A stretch of DNA of 64,000 nucleotides, taken from the NCBI GenBank assembly GCA_964508495.1, contig CAZDUA010000004.1, positions 290-64,289 of the forward strand, in the 5' to 3' direction. A program made the translations under genes and the position numbers. The notes below the pieces were generated by a model. It was not told the DNA's origin and did no database searches. It saw only the letters and a list, made by a program, of their open reading frames with translations. The DNA comes from an uncultured Methanosarcinales archaeon (GTDB lineage Archaea; Nanobdellota; Nanobdellia; Woesearchaeales; ARS49). Positions 9,115 to 18,831 of the stretch are shown piece after piece (position 1 is the first letter of the stretch; the number at the start of each line of letters is the position of its first letter).

Positions 9115-11919
9115 ATGGCACTCGACTTTCACAAACTTGCGCGCAAATGGCAGAGAAGATGGAAAACGCAGAAAGTCTTCGAAGCAGACGCAGACAATGG
9201 CAAGCCGAAATTCTTCTTGACAACACCATACCCTTACGTTAACGGATTATTACATCTAGGGCACACTTACACGTACGCAAGAGTGGAAATATTCTCAAGA
9301 TACAAAAAAATGCGAGGGTACAACGTACTATTCCCATTCGCATTCCACGCAACAGGAAGCCCAATAGAGACAGCAGCCAAGAGAGTAGCGGAAAACGAAG
9401 AGAAACAGATAAGCACTTTGAAATTAATGGGCTTTACAGACGAACAAATACCCGCATTCAAAGAACCGATACACTGGATAAAAACGTTCTCAAAAGAAGC
9501 AGAAAAAGACCTGATAAAATACGGAACAAGCATCGACTGGAGAAGAAGCTTCATAACAACAGACTTGAATCCGCGATACGACAAATTCATCAAATGGCAA
9601 TTTAACACTTTAAGAAAAAAGGGGTTGGTTGCACAAGGCTCGCACCCAGTGGTCTGGTGTCCAAAAGAAGACACCCCCGTAGGAGACCATGCACGCTCAG
9701 AAGGAGAAGGAGAAGTACCCCAAGAAATGATAGTCCTGAAATTCAGGGCAGACGGGCACGTACTGCCGTGCGCGACTTTCAGGCCGGAAACAATATTTGG
9801 CGTAACAAACATCTGGGTAAATCCTGATTTAACATACATAGAAGCAGATGTTGACGGCGAACACTGGATGATAACAGAAGAATGCGCCAAAAAACTAAGA
9901 GACCAAAAGCATAATGTTACTGAAATCAGACACATATCCGGCAAAGAAATAGTGGGAGCGCACGTAACTAACCCAGTAACCGGCACAAAAATACCAGTAT
10001 TACCAGCAAACTTTGTAACAGCAAACACTGGAACAGGAATAGTAATGAGCGTGCCAAGCCACGCACCATACGACTGGATGGCACTAAAAGAACTGCAAGA
10101 CAAAGGACAAGCAAAAGATGTCAAACCAATATCATTAATCTCTGTAGAAGGATACGGAGAACACCCCGCAATTGAAGCCTGCACAAAAATGGGCATTAAG
10201 GATACTAAAGACGCCAGACTAGAAGAAGCAACAGGAAACGTATACAAAAAAGAATTCCACACCGGAAAATTAAAGCAAAATACAGGAAAATATGCAGGCA
10301 AAACAATACAACAAGCAAAACCAGAGATCGTAGCAGACTTTACTTCTGAGAAGAAAGCGATCATATTGCAAGAGCTCATCAATCCAGTCATTTGCAGATG
10401 CTTAGCAAGATGCCACGTCAAAATAGTCGAGAATCAATGGTTCCTCAAATATGGAGACTCGGCGTGGAAACAACAAGCAATGAAATGCCTCCAAACAATG
10501 AAATTGTACCCAGAAAAAGTCAGATCACAATTTGAATATGTCATCGATTGGCTTAGAGACTGGGCGTGCACGCGCGAGTTCGGAATGGGAACCAGCCTGC
10601 CATGGGACAAAAAATGGAAAATAGAGAGCTTGAGCGACAGCACAATATACAATGCGTTCTACACGATAGTGCACCATTTGAAAAAAGTGCCATTAGGCAA
10701 AATAAAAGACAAATTGTTCGACTATGTGTTCTTAGGAGTAGGAAATCCTGATGACCTAGGAGTTGACAAGAAAATACTTGAAGACATGAGAAAAGAATTC
10801 ACGTACTGGTACCCAGTAGACTTCAGAAGTTCAGGAAAAGACCTAGTCCAAAACCATTTAGCGTTCTATATTTTCAATCACACCGCGTGCTTCCCAGAAC
10901 AATACTGGCCAAAAGGAATAGGCGTAAATGGATTCATCAGCGTACAGAAACAGAAGATGAGCAAAAGTAAAGGAAACTTCAAGACTCTAAGGGATGTAAT
11001 AACCACTTACGGTCCAGACATAACGCGAATCACAATACTCTCAACCGGCGAAGAAATGAATGACGTAGACTGGGACCAAGAACTAGCAGAATCAATGAAA
11101 GCAAAACTTGAACAATGGTACGAGTTCGCAATGAAAAATTACGCAAAGAACGGCGCTGGACAAGAAAAGAAAGAAATCGACAAATGGATGGAACACCAAT
11201 TACACTCAGCAATCAAAGAAGCAACAAACGCGATGGACGAAACACTCTACAGAACAACAATCGCACGAGCCTTCTTTGACTTACAAAGACACTTGAAATG
11301 GTATTCAAGAAGAACAGCAGGAAAAATGAACCAACAATTATTGAACGACATAATAGAAGCACAAACATTGATTCTACAACCATTCACGCCACACCTTTGC
11401 GAAGAAATATGGTACAAGCTGGGCAAACAAGGATTAATTGTGAATGAAAAATGGCCGCAGTTTGATACGAACAAAATAAACCCGGAAATAGAAAAAGCAG
11501 AAGCGCTAATGTCACAAGTAATCGAAGATGTCGGGCAGGTCTTGAAATTGGCGAAAATAGACAGGCCAAAAATTATAACACTCTTTGTAGCGAATGACTG
11601 GAAAGCACGGCTATTCAAGAGACTTAAAGAAATAATTATGAATACGAGAGACATAGGACAAATAATGAAGACTGTAATGGCAGAATTCAAAGAAAATGCG
11701 CAAGAAGCAGCACCACTAGTGCAAAAAGTGGCAAAAGACCCATCAAAACTGCCAATGCAGATTACTCATCAGGAAGCAGAATACCAGAATTTACTCGATG
11801 CAGTCGCGTTCTTCAAACAAGAATTCAATTGCAACATAGAAATCATCAAAGAACAAGAAAGCCCAGAACCAAAAGCAAAACAAGCACTGCCCGGCAAACC
11901 AGCAATACTCGTTAAATAA
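9115..11919 (+). CDS. leuS: leucyl-tRNA synthetase (archaeal type)
   Basis: HLGH-type motif (LLHLGHTYTY), KMSKSKGN, and a CP1 editing region. The ORF track starts at TTG 9097; ATG 9115 fits the promoter spacing better. Confidence 0.95.
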   Translation: MALDFHKLARKWQRRWKTQKVFEADADNGKPKFFLTTPYPYVNGLLHLGHTYTYARVEIFSRYKKMRGYNVLFPFAFHATGSPIETAAKRVAENEEKQISTLKLMGFTDEQIPAFKEPIHWIKTFSKEAEKDLIKYGTSIDWRRSFITTDLNPRYDKFIKWQFNTLRKKGLVAQGSHPVVWCPKEDTPVGDHARSEGEGEVPQEMIVLKFRADGHVLPCATFRPETIFGVTNIWVNPDLTYIEADVDGEHWMITEECAKKLRDQKHNVTEIRHISGKEIVGAHVTNPVTGTKIPVLPANFVTANTGTGIVMSVPSHAPYDWMALKELQDKGQAKDVKPISLISVEGYGEHPAIEACTKMGIKDTKDARLEEATGNVYKKEFHTGKLKQNTGKYAGKTIQQAKPEIVADFTSEKKAIILQELINPVICRCLARCHVKIVENQWFLKYGDSAWKQQAMKCLQTMKLYPEKVRSQFEYVIDWLRDWACTREFGMGTSLPWDKKWKIESLSDSTIYNAFYTIVHHLKKVPLGKIKDKLFDYVFLGVGNPDDLGVDKKILEDMRKEFTYWYPVDFRSSGKDLVQNHLAFYIFNHTACFPEQYWPKGIGVNGFISVQKQKMSKSKGNFKTLRDVITTYGPDITRITILSTGEEMNDVDWDQELAESMKAKLEQWYEFAMKNYAKNGAGQEKKEIDKWMEHQLHSAIKEATNAMDETLYRTTIARAFFDLQRHLKWYSRRTAGKMNQQLLNDIIEAQTLILQPFTPHLCEEIWYKLGKQGLIVNEKWPQFDTNKINPEIEKAEALMSQVIEDVGQVLKLAKIDRPKIITLFVANDWKARLFKRLKEIIMNTRDIGQIMKTVMAEFKENAQEAAPLVQKVAKDPSKLPMQITHQEAEYQNLLDAVAFFKQEFNCNIEIIKEQESPEPKAKQALPGKPAILVK

Positions 11920-11930
11920 TTTATTCTATT

Positions 11931-11938
11931 AAAAAAAA
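11931..11938 (-). terminator. oligo-T terminator after SRP RNA
   Basis: Eight T on the minus strand immediately after the closing helix. Confidence 0.55.
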
Positions 11939-12213
11939 GCGGGCGGACGCATCCGGAAATGAACCCACAAGTACACAAGAGTTTCGCCTCATGCCTTTCT
12001 CGGTTCCGCAACCCGACAAGCATTGAGAACTACAGTTAGCGTTGCTCCCTTCCAGGCCTGGCGCGGTTCCTGCAGCAACAATCCTGCCGGACAGAACGTC
12101 AGCGTCCAGCACAAGACTCCTGCGCAGATCGTGGGCTGCTCTCCAGACTTCAGCACCGTTTGAAGCCCGTTAACGGTAACAGGAGAGGGCTAATCTCCCT
12201 GCCTAGTCCGCCC
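11939..12213 (-). ncRNA. SRP (7S) RNA
   Basis: GC-rich island. The minus strand begins GGGCGGAC and ends GUCCGCCCGC, forming a terminal helix. It contains the helix-8 motif CCAGGCCUGGAAGGGAGCAACGC. A TATA box lies about 25 nt upstream and a T8 tract downstream. Confidence 0.8.
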
Positions 12214-12232
12214 ATATAGAATTTACTATAGG

Positions 12233-12244
12233 TGTTTAAAAAGG
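12233..12244 (-). promoter_or_regulatory. TATA-like box for SRP RNA
   Basis: The A/T box tgtttaaaaagg is centred about 26 nt upstream of the RNA 5' end at 12213. Confidence 0.5.
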
Positions 12245-12302
12245 TTTCTCCCGACGGCTGTGGTGACAAACCATTTAATAGACAGCATGATTACTACAAG
12301 AC

Positions 12303-12689
12303 ATGGCGCCAAAAATACAATTCTTAGGCGACACTGTATTAATCAAGACAGATGGCAATAGCAAGACTCACAACAAAAAAGCAGGCATAATACACCAACT
12401 ACAAGACTGCACAATAGCACACATAACAGGACAAATAGAAATAAAAGAAATCAAAGAATATACGGCAGATGTCCTGATACTGCCACCAGGGCAGGCAGAA
12501 AAGATACTCACAAAAATAAAACCAAAACTAGCAATACTGACCAGTTCTACATTAGAAAGAGCAAGAGAATTGCACAAAAAAACAGGAATACAAGTAATAA
12601 CCGCAAAAGACAATCTGGTAGTAGACTTGTACACTTATTCTGCACTTTCAGAACAAAAAAACCTTTCTAAATTCACAGAAGAAAAGTAG
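12303..12689 (+). CDS. hypothetical protein (128 aa)
   Basis: Intact ORF with a TATA-like ccatttaatag about 25 nt upstream. No confident family assignment. Confidence 0.45.
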   Translation: MAPKIQFLGDTVLIKTDGNSKTHNKKAGIIHQLQDCTIAHITGQIEIKEIKEYTADVLILPPGQAEKILTKIKPKLAILTSSTLERARELHKKTGIQVITAKDNLVVDLYTYSALSEQKNLSKFTEEK

Positions 12690-13533
12690 CAATATAGCCA
12701 ACAGCGCAGCCAAGAGTCAAAAACGGCATTGCAGGATAAAACTTATCCTTCTGACTTAGAAGCAGTAAGACTACTAGTGCGGCAGTAGCTCCTAACGCAA
12801 CGACAAAAGCATGGAGGAAGCCAGAAACGACAAGAACCGTGCCAGCAAATATCAACGGGAAACCAATATCGCCACCGCCAAGAATAGCAGTACGCACTTT
12901 CTTCTTAGGACCACGACCAGTGGGAGCAGAATAAGGAAGCATCAGGCCAGCAAAAATGTTGCTCTCAGTCTGGAATTTAGCCATGGTAATCATATGCTTG
13001 CTACGCCAAACAGCATACATGTCATATACGGACAAGGCGAGAAGCAAAATAAAAGCATAAAACACGTTCAGAATAGGAACAAAAATAACAGCAAGACCGC
13101 CGTATAGGAAAAGTTCTGAAGCATTATGAAGATAGACATTAGGCCTGAACACTTTGAACCAGCCAGCGACTAAAGCGAGAATTAACGCGTATGATTCAGG
13201 AATAAAAGCTGCTACCGCTATCTGCAAGCAAAGAACTACGGCAAAATAAAACCACAACTTCCACAAAAGCATTTTACCTAGCTTGATTATTAATAGAATC
13301 AAGAGAGTGCCGATAAGAACTGCAATAATAATGTACCAAATACTAAACTGAGGCTCAACATCAGGACGCTCAACCTTCATGCCTCCAATACTCGGCAAGT
13401 CCTTCCAAACAAGCTCGCCCGCCTCAGCGGAAGCAGCAGCGTCAATATAAGACTGAGTAACCTTCAAACCAATAACTTGCGCTGCAAGAAACAACACGAC
13501 CAAAAAGAACGTCACAAACCAAGTATGCTTCAT
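12673..13533 (-). CDS. presenilin/signal-peptide-peptidase-type intramembrane aspartyl protease
   Basis: Multi-TM protein with the catalytic YD (LSVYDMY), GxGD (LGGGDIGFP) and PAL-like (YPAMPF) motifs. Likely start at MKHTW (13533). Confidence 0.8.
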   Translation of the reverse strand: MKHTWFVTFFLVVLFLAAQVIGLKVTQSYIDAAASAEAGELVWKDLPSIGGMKVERPDVEPQFSIWYIIIAVLIGTLLILLIIKLGKMLLWKLWFYFAVVLCLQIAVAAFIPESYALILALVAGWFKVFRPNVYLHNASELFLYGGLAVIFVPILNVFYAFILLLALSVYDMYAVWRSKHMITMAKFQTESNIFAGLMLPYSAPTGRGPKKKVRTAILGGGDIGFPLIFAGTVLVVSGFLHAFVVALGATAALVVLLLLSQKDKFYPAMPFLTLGCAVGYIATFLL

Positions 13534-13549
13534 GCACGACCAAAACCTG

Positions 13550-13565
13550 AAGGTTTTTATAAATC
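13550..13565 (+). promoter_or_regulatory. TATA/BRE-like box
   Basis: aaggtttttataaatc lies upstream of the ATG at 13584. Confidence 0.55.
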
Positions 13566-13583
13566 TAACCATTTGGCACAAAA

Positions 13584-14045
13584 ATGAAATGGGTACACAA
13601 GGTAACAATCACTGTTTTTGACAAACCAGGAGAAAAAAAAGCAGAAACCATAGAAGGGCTGAAAGCACTAGTGCCGTTTAACCTTGAAGAAGCTAAAATA
13701 AACGTAGAAGACCGGCACGCAGAAGGTTTCAATCAAAGAAAGATAAACATACTAATGATAACGCTGACAAAAGACGCACACACAAATGACTTCTTACAGT
13801 TTTTACTGGATACATTAAATGAAGAGCAAAAAGGACAATTGGTGTCACAAGCAGAAAGCAGGCTGGATGAAGAACTAGACTACTTCATAAGAATAGAAAA
13901 AGACAAATGGGTGCAAGAAAGACAGATATGGCTCACAGACAGCGGAAACTGCTACCACATAAAACTATCACTAGCAGCATTCCCAAAAAAGAGAGAAACA
14001 GCACTAAAACTCGTGAAAAAAATGTTTTCCCAGAAAAATATATAA
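13584..14045 (+). CDS. DUF54/COG1325-like RNA-binding protein (predicted exosome-associated)
   Basis: Size about 150 aa. The pattern VTITVF..., RLDEELDYFIRIEKDKW, CYHIKLSL resembles this family. Recalled from memory and not searched. Confidence 0.45.
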   Translation: MKWVHKVTITVFDKPGEKKAETIEGLKALVPFNLEEAKINVEDRHAEGFNQRKINILMITLTKDAHTNDFLQFLLDTLNEEQKGQLVSQAESRLDEELDYFIRIEKDKWVQERQIWLTDSGNCYHIKLSLAAFPKKRETALKLVKKMFSQKNI

Positions 14046-14069
14046 ACTAAGAAAAAGAGCCAGTATAAT

Positions 14070-14288
14070 ATGGCAAAAGTAGCGCCGCTAAAAACAAGCT
14101 TTCTTGTAACCAGCATGATAGGATTCCTAGTAAGCGTCCTATACATACCAAAAATGTCAACAACATGGGCATTCACCTTTGGACTCGTATTCACACTAAT
14201 GTTCGTGGCTAGCATGATAGCAATGGTACGCGGAACACCAGACGAACAACTACTACCGCGACCAAAAGAATCAGGGGGACACATATGA
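14070..14288 (+). CDS. small membrane protein (72 aa, 2 TM)
   Basis: Two hydrophobic helices. Overlaps the next gene's start (ATGA). Confidence 0.4.
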   Translation: MAKVAPLKTSFLVTSMIGFLVSVLYIPKMSTTWAFTFGLVFTLMFVASMIAMVRGTPDEQLLPRPKESGGHI

Positions 14289-15070
14289 GAAAAATATGGA
14301 TATTAGGACTAGCATTAATGATGATACTGGCAGCGTGCGCGCCAGCAACACAAATGGAAGAAAAAGCGCCAGTTATGGAAGAGAAAGCTCCAGTTGTTGA
14401 AGTAAAAGCACCGGCAGAAGCGCCTACTGTAGGAGTAAAACCGCCAGTAAGACCATTACCATCAGAAAGACAAGACACTGCGCCAGAACCAGTTACAACA
14501 GCGCCAAAAACAGAAATGAACCCGCAGTTAAGAGACTTGTTGAAGAGAGCAGATGAAAAAATATCCAGCCTGCAATACTTATACGGCGGAACAGAAACAA
14601 AGAACCTATTCCTAGACACATACTTTGTCAAAGGAACCCAGATGAAAATAAAGACGTACGAAGAAGACTACTACGTCAGAGACGGATATTACGACACAAT
14701 ATACGTAGACTTGGGAATAGGATGCTGCGAAGAAAACTCAAGATGCAAAAGCCACAATGTGGACAACATGGGCAAGAAATTTGACGTCGACGTTGCAAGC
14801 ATGAACATACCAAAGACTCCATACCAATGGGCCAAAGAAATACCAGGGGACGCCCAACTAGTCGGACCACAAACCGTAAATGACAGAAGCGTAACGTACA
14901 TAAAGTTCGCAAAAGACAACAAACAATACGAAATGTGGGTAGACGACACGTACGGAGTGCCGCACAAGATCGTAGCAACCGATTCAGCCGAAAATGCAGT
15001 CAAATACCAATTTAACGACATGCAGTTCAACGGACTGAAAGACGCAGACTTCAACGCGCCCTGCGATTAA
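14285..15070 (+). CDS. predicted lipoprotein with repeat-containing Pro/Ala/Glu-rich linker
   Basis: Lipobox LAAC followed by APATQ. The motif EEKAPV occurs twice in tandem in the linker. Globular C-terminal domain. Confidence 0.6.
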   Translation: MRKIWILGLALMMILAACAPATQMEEKAPVMEEKAPVVEVKAPAEAPTVGVKPPVRPLPSERQDTAPEPVTTAPKTEMNPQLRDLLKRADEKISSLQYLYGGTETKNLFLDTYFVKGTQMKIKTYEEDYYVRDGYYDTIYVDLGIGCCEENSRCKSHNVDNMGKKFDVDVASMNIPKTPYQWAKEIPGDAQLVGPQTVNDRSVTYIKFAKDNKQYEMWVDDTYGVPHKIVATDSAENAVKYQFNDMQFNGLKDADFNAPCD

Positions 15071-15094
15071 ATTTTTTATTTTTTTAATCTTTTT
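15071..15094. terminator. bidirectional T/A-rich terminator between convergent genes
   Basis: attttttatttttttaatcttttt lies between the stops at 15070 (+) and 15095 (-). Confidence 0.5.
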
Positions 15095-16423
15095 TTAGAA
15101 CTTGAAAGCTTCCTTCTTCTCCTTGAAAACACCAGGAGCGCCACCACCATGCCAGCTATACCTTGGACGAATTCTCATAGGATACATACGCTCATTAACA
15201 TCATCAACCGCAATACACGCGCCAGCAACACGAGGAAGATTAGAAAGCTCCTTGTCTAGCCCAACACGCAGGTAACTTTGAAGCAACGCGCCAAGAGCAT
15301 CAGTATCGATTTTTGCTGTCAACCTATGAGAAAGAATAATGTCAGACTGAGTCATAGCATCAGTATGAATCTTACCTGGCTGTTGAGTTGCCAAAACCAT
15401 AGCAATACCGGGCTGACGACCCTCTCTCAAAAGAGTGATTAATGCATCAGAACTTGCAGTTTTTCCTACATTAGGCAAAAATTCATGAGCCTCATCAATC
15501 ATAATCCAACAAATAGGCATTTCCTCACCTTTATGCTCCTCTTCCTCCTCAAGAATGTAGTGAACGGCCTGATGAACAGCAGCATACTCCTCATTCTTAC
15601 GCGCTTTCATACGCTCAATGAACAACTTCATACAAACAATACCCATAACAAGATGCTTAATACGCCAGCCATTAGGCATAACAGCATACGCGCTAAGATC
15701 TAAGATTGTTATTTGACCAGCTTGGGCAAGTTCTTTCACAGGAGTAGCATTAGGAGAAAACAACCCCCACTCCTCCACGGATAAGAAACGATTCTTAGCA
15801 GCCTGCTTAGTACGAAGCTCTTCATCCTTGTCATCATCAATAGCATGAAGAATATCAGGAATGTCATACTGCTGGCCAGTCTTTCTCAACTGAATAATGA
15901 TGCGCTCGATAAAAACAGCAACGGGATCAGTGCTCTGAATCTCAAAAGTCAAATTCCAGTCTTCAGGGGACAGCTCAGCAGGATTAAGCGCAAAAGGAAC
16001 ATCAGTAGGAATACCCTGCTCCTTCCACTTCTTGAAAAAGCCGAACGGAGTATACACCTTTACATTGATACCCTTGCCCTCGAAACCCCACTCTTTCAAC
16101 AAAGACTCGTCCTTATGATTAGGAAACTTCATCGTCCAATAAATACCCATAGTATCAAGAATGATAACAGAAAGACGATCACGCATTTCATCAGGCAACT
16201 GAGCAATACCCTCGGCAATAACACCCATACAATAGGACTTACCACTGCCACGCTTGCCACAAACGAAGACGACATGAGCTTTATTCAAGTCAAGATAGAC
16301 CGGCTGGGAAAGAGCCGTAACAGCGCCCATCTTAACATAATGCTTGCCAATAAGAACGGCACCAGACGTGCCAAATTTCTCCTGGTCTTTCTGCTCACGT
16401 CCAAGAATAATCTCATACACCAT
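15095..16423 (-). CDS. HerA/DUF87-type P-loop ATPase
   Basis: Walker A VCGKRGSGKSY, Walker B WIMIDEAHEF, and overall HerA/FtsK-like layout. No NurA-like neighbour. Confidence 0.7.
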   Translation of the reverse strand: MVYEIILGREQKDQEKFGTSGAVLIGKHYVKMGAVTALSQPVYLDLNKAHVVFVCGKRGSGKSYCMGVIAEGIAQLPDEMRDRLSVIILDTMGIYWTMKFPNHKDESLLKEWGFEGKGINVKVYTPFGFFKKWKEQGIPTDVPFALNPAELSPEDWNLTFEIQSTDPVAVFIERIIIQLRKTGQQYDIPDILHAIDDDKDEELRTKQAAKNRFLSVEEWGLFSPNATPVKELAQAGQITILDLSAYAVMPNGWRIKHLVMGIVCMKLFIERMKARKNEEYAAVHQAVHYILEEEEEHKGEEMPICWIMIDEAHEFLPNVGKTASSDALITLLREGRQPGIAMVLATQQPGKIHTDAMTQSDIILSHRLTAKIDTDALGALLQSYLRVGLDKELSNLPRVAGACIAVDDVNERMYPMRIRPRYSWHGGGAPGVFKEKKEAFKF

Positions 16424-16477
16424 CTTTTACGAAGTAAACTAAAAAAGAAGTATAAAAAAGTATGGAAAAGAAAAAAA

Positions 16478-17731
16478 TTAAAGCATTGCTGCAGTGACAA
16501 TGTTCAACCTGCAATCAGCAGGGTCAACCTTAGAGTCCATGGCAACAATGTGCTTAATAGCGCTCTTCTCGGCAACTTCTACCAACTGCTGGTCAACAAC
16601 ACCGTCAAAAACAACAGCATAAACGCCATTGCTCAAAGACTTCAAAGTGCTTGTCAACTCTGCAAAAGGAACTTTGCCAAGAACGTTCATCTTCTCATCA
16701 AGAACACAAGCTCCACGCGTTCCAATGAGCCCTTCAAGCATCTCGCCAAGCTTCTTGCGCTCTTCATCACGCAAAACTGGCTTAACTACCTTAGCGACAG
16801 GCATAATAGGGCGCACAAGAGGCGCCGCTGAAATAGGTCTTGTTGGAGGCAATGGCCTCGTCATCATCGGCTTCCTAATAGACTGCGAGGTGTCAACGCT
16901 TGCGAGCTCCAACTTAGCCTGCTCAGCAGTAATCCTGCTACGCAAAGCCTTATGGATTTCCTTCTTAGCAAGCTCTTCAACTTCCTTGCCATCAGGAGCG
17001 CGGGTTACAAAGTCAATCTCAGCAGTGTTCAACAAGTCACGAATAATCAAATTGCCACCACGGTCACCGTCAACAAACGCGACAATGTCCTTGCGATGAC
17101 TGAGCTCGATAACTGTAGGCGGAATGGAAGTACCATTCATAGCAATAACGTTCTTGAAACCATGCTTCAACAAGTTAAGAACGTCAGCACGGCCCTCAAC
17201 AAGAATAAGTTCATCAGAGCTTTCAACATCAGGACCCGCAGGAAGACGATCTTTACCATACTCGCAAATCTCCATAACTCTGACAGAATGCGCGACTTCT
17301 TCTGCAATCTCAGCACTATCCGGCATAACCTGGTCCATAAGCTGTCTAAGCAATTGTTTTGCTCTTTCAATAACAAAACTACGCTTGCTAATTCTGACGT
17401 CTTCGATATTTTGAACCTTTACTTTAGCATTACAAGGACCAATCCTTTGAATGATTTCCAAAGCAGCCGCGACAATAGCAGTCTCTGCCTTATCCAAAGA
17501 ACTCGGAATTATGATGCTACCAATGCTCTTGCCACCCTTAATCTCAATGTTAACTTCAATACGACCAATTCTACCAGAACGTTGCAGTTCTCTAAGCTCC
17601 AAATCTTCGCCTAGAAGACCCTCTGTCTGGCCAAAAATAGCGCCAATAACGTCAGGCCTGTCAACAACTCCTTCAATCTCAATCGTTGAATTAACTATAT
17701 ATTTTGATGATACTGGACTGATTTTTCCCAT
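16478..17731 (-). CDS. dnaG: archaeal DnaG (Toprim) primase-like protein
   Basis: N-terminus YIVNSTIEIEGVVDRPDVIGAIFGQTEGLLG is typical of archaeal DnaG. Toprim motifs LILVEGRADV and FVDGDRGG. Confidence 0.9.
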   Translation of the reverse strand: MGKISPVSSKYIVNSTIEIEGVVDRPDVIGAIFGQTEGLLGEDLELRELQRSGRIGRIEVNIEIKGGKSIGSIIIPSSLDKAETAIVAAALEIIQRIGPCNAKVKVQNIEDVRISKRSFVIERAKQLLRQLMDQVMPDSAEIAEEVAHSVRVMEICEYGKDRLPAGPDVESSDELILVEGRADVLNLLKHGFKNVIAMNGTSIPPTVIELSHRKDIVAFVDGDRGGNLIIRDLLNTAEIDFVTRAPDGKEVEELAKKEIHKALRSRITAEQAKLELASVDTSQSIRKPMMTRPLPPTRPISAAPLVRPIMPVAKVVKPVLRDEERKKLGEMLEGLIGTRGACVLDEKMNVLGKVPFAELTSTLKSLSNGVYAVVFDGVVDQQLVEVAEKSAIKHIVAMDSKVDPADCRLNIVTAAML

Positions 17732-18089
17732 GTTTATTCCCCCTGATACGGCTAAAACAGAACAAGCTTGGCCAAAACAGACTAAATCAACCTCATTTAT
17801 GCTGATTCAGGGTGTGATTGACTCATTTTTCGTTGAACTTGATGATTTGATGATTGTTATACTTGCTTGTTCTATTCCAGCTCGAATTTTCAATTTGAGC
17901 TTAAAAAAGGTCTTGTAGCCCTTAACACTAACCCCCAAGAGTCATTGCTTGGCAAAGCCGACAGCTCCACTGGGTACTCTCATGAAGGGCCTTTAATATG
18001 ACCTTCCTTAATGAAAATAAGTAAAGTGTTTCAAGTTTAAAAAAGTTTTGACAGTCATATTTAAAAATGGCAAAACAACAGGCAACAGC

Positions 18090-18806
18090 ATGCCAAGAAT
18101 GGGAACAAAACACAGAGAAGAATACAAGACACTAAAGAACGTCTTTGACTTCTTCACTGAAAAAAACATATTCAAACTAATCACACAAGGATACATAGAA
18201 GGGCTGGAAAGCCCGCTAAGCATGGGAAAAGAATCAAATGTGTTCACAGCAAAAAAAGATGATGAAACAAGAATTGTCAAAATATACAGGTTACAGACAT
18301 GCGATTTCAACAGAATGTACGACTACATCAAAGCAGACCCAAGATATGAATACTTGAAAAGCAAAAGAAGAGACGTAATATTCGCCTGGGCGCACAGAGA
18401 ACAAAGGAATTTATTGAAAGCACGAGAAGGAGGAGTAAGAGTACCAACGCCCTACACAGTGCTGTTTAACATTCTCATAATGGAATTCATAGGCGATGAG
18501 TCGGCAGCCCAAAAAGTCAACAAAGACCCGCCAAAAGAACCAGAAAAATTCGCAAAAGAAATAATAGAACAAATGAAAAAATTGTACAAAGCAGGACTAA
18601 TACACGCTGATCTAAGCGGGTTCAACATACTGAATTACAACCAGAAACCGGTTTTTATTGACATGTCGCAATCAACACCACTCGAGAATCCGAACGCGGA
18701 AGAATACTTGAAACGAGATGTACACAATGTTTGCGAACTATTCAAAAAATGGGGAGTAAGCGCGGACGAACAGGAAGTTTTAAAGAATATTACGAAAAGT
18801 ATATAA
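18090..18806 (+). CDS. rio1: RIO-type serine protein kinase
   Basis: GKESNVF, VKIYR, LIHADLSGFNIL and IDMSQS motifs. Start moved to ATG 18090, downstream of the TATA-like box at about 18035. Confidence 0.85.
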   Translation: MPRMGTKHREEYKTLKNVFDFFTEKNIFKLITQGYIEGLESPLSMGKESNVFTAKKDDETRIVKIYRLQTCDFNRMYDYIKADPRYEYLKSKRRDVIFAWAHREQRNLLKAREGGVRVPTPYTVLFNILIMEFIGDESAAQKVNKDPPKEPEKFAKEIIEQMKKLYKAGLIHADLSGFNILNYNQKPVFIDMSQSTPLENPNAEEYLKRDVHNVCELFKKWGVSADEQEVLKNITKSI

Positions 18807-18831
18807 CACTGCCTTTTTCTCGACGATAAAT

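Noticed and set aside
9267-10421. Very long antisense ORFs inside real genes: 384 aa opposite leuS; also 15845..16831, 39123..39965, 44664..45341, 60115..60747 and 63210..63779.
   Set aside because: Their translations are low-complexity (Ser/Phe/Leu/Cys/Ile-rich) with no motifs. They lie opposite strongly supported genes. They are explained by purine-rich (A/G) coding strands, which make the complementary strand poor in stop codons.
17905-18005. 5S rRNA in the dnaG/rio spacer.
   Set aside because: Short 5S-like words (gagagtaccc, gttaaggg) occur in the wrong order on the minus strand, and the loop-C/loop-E consensus is absent.
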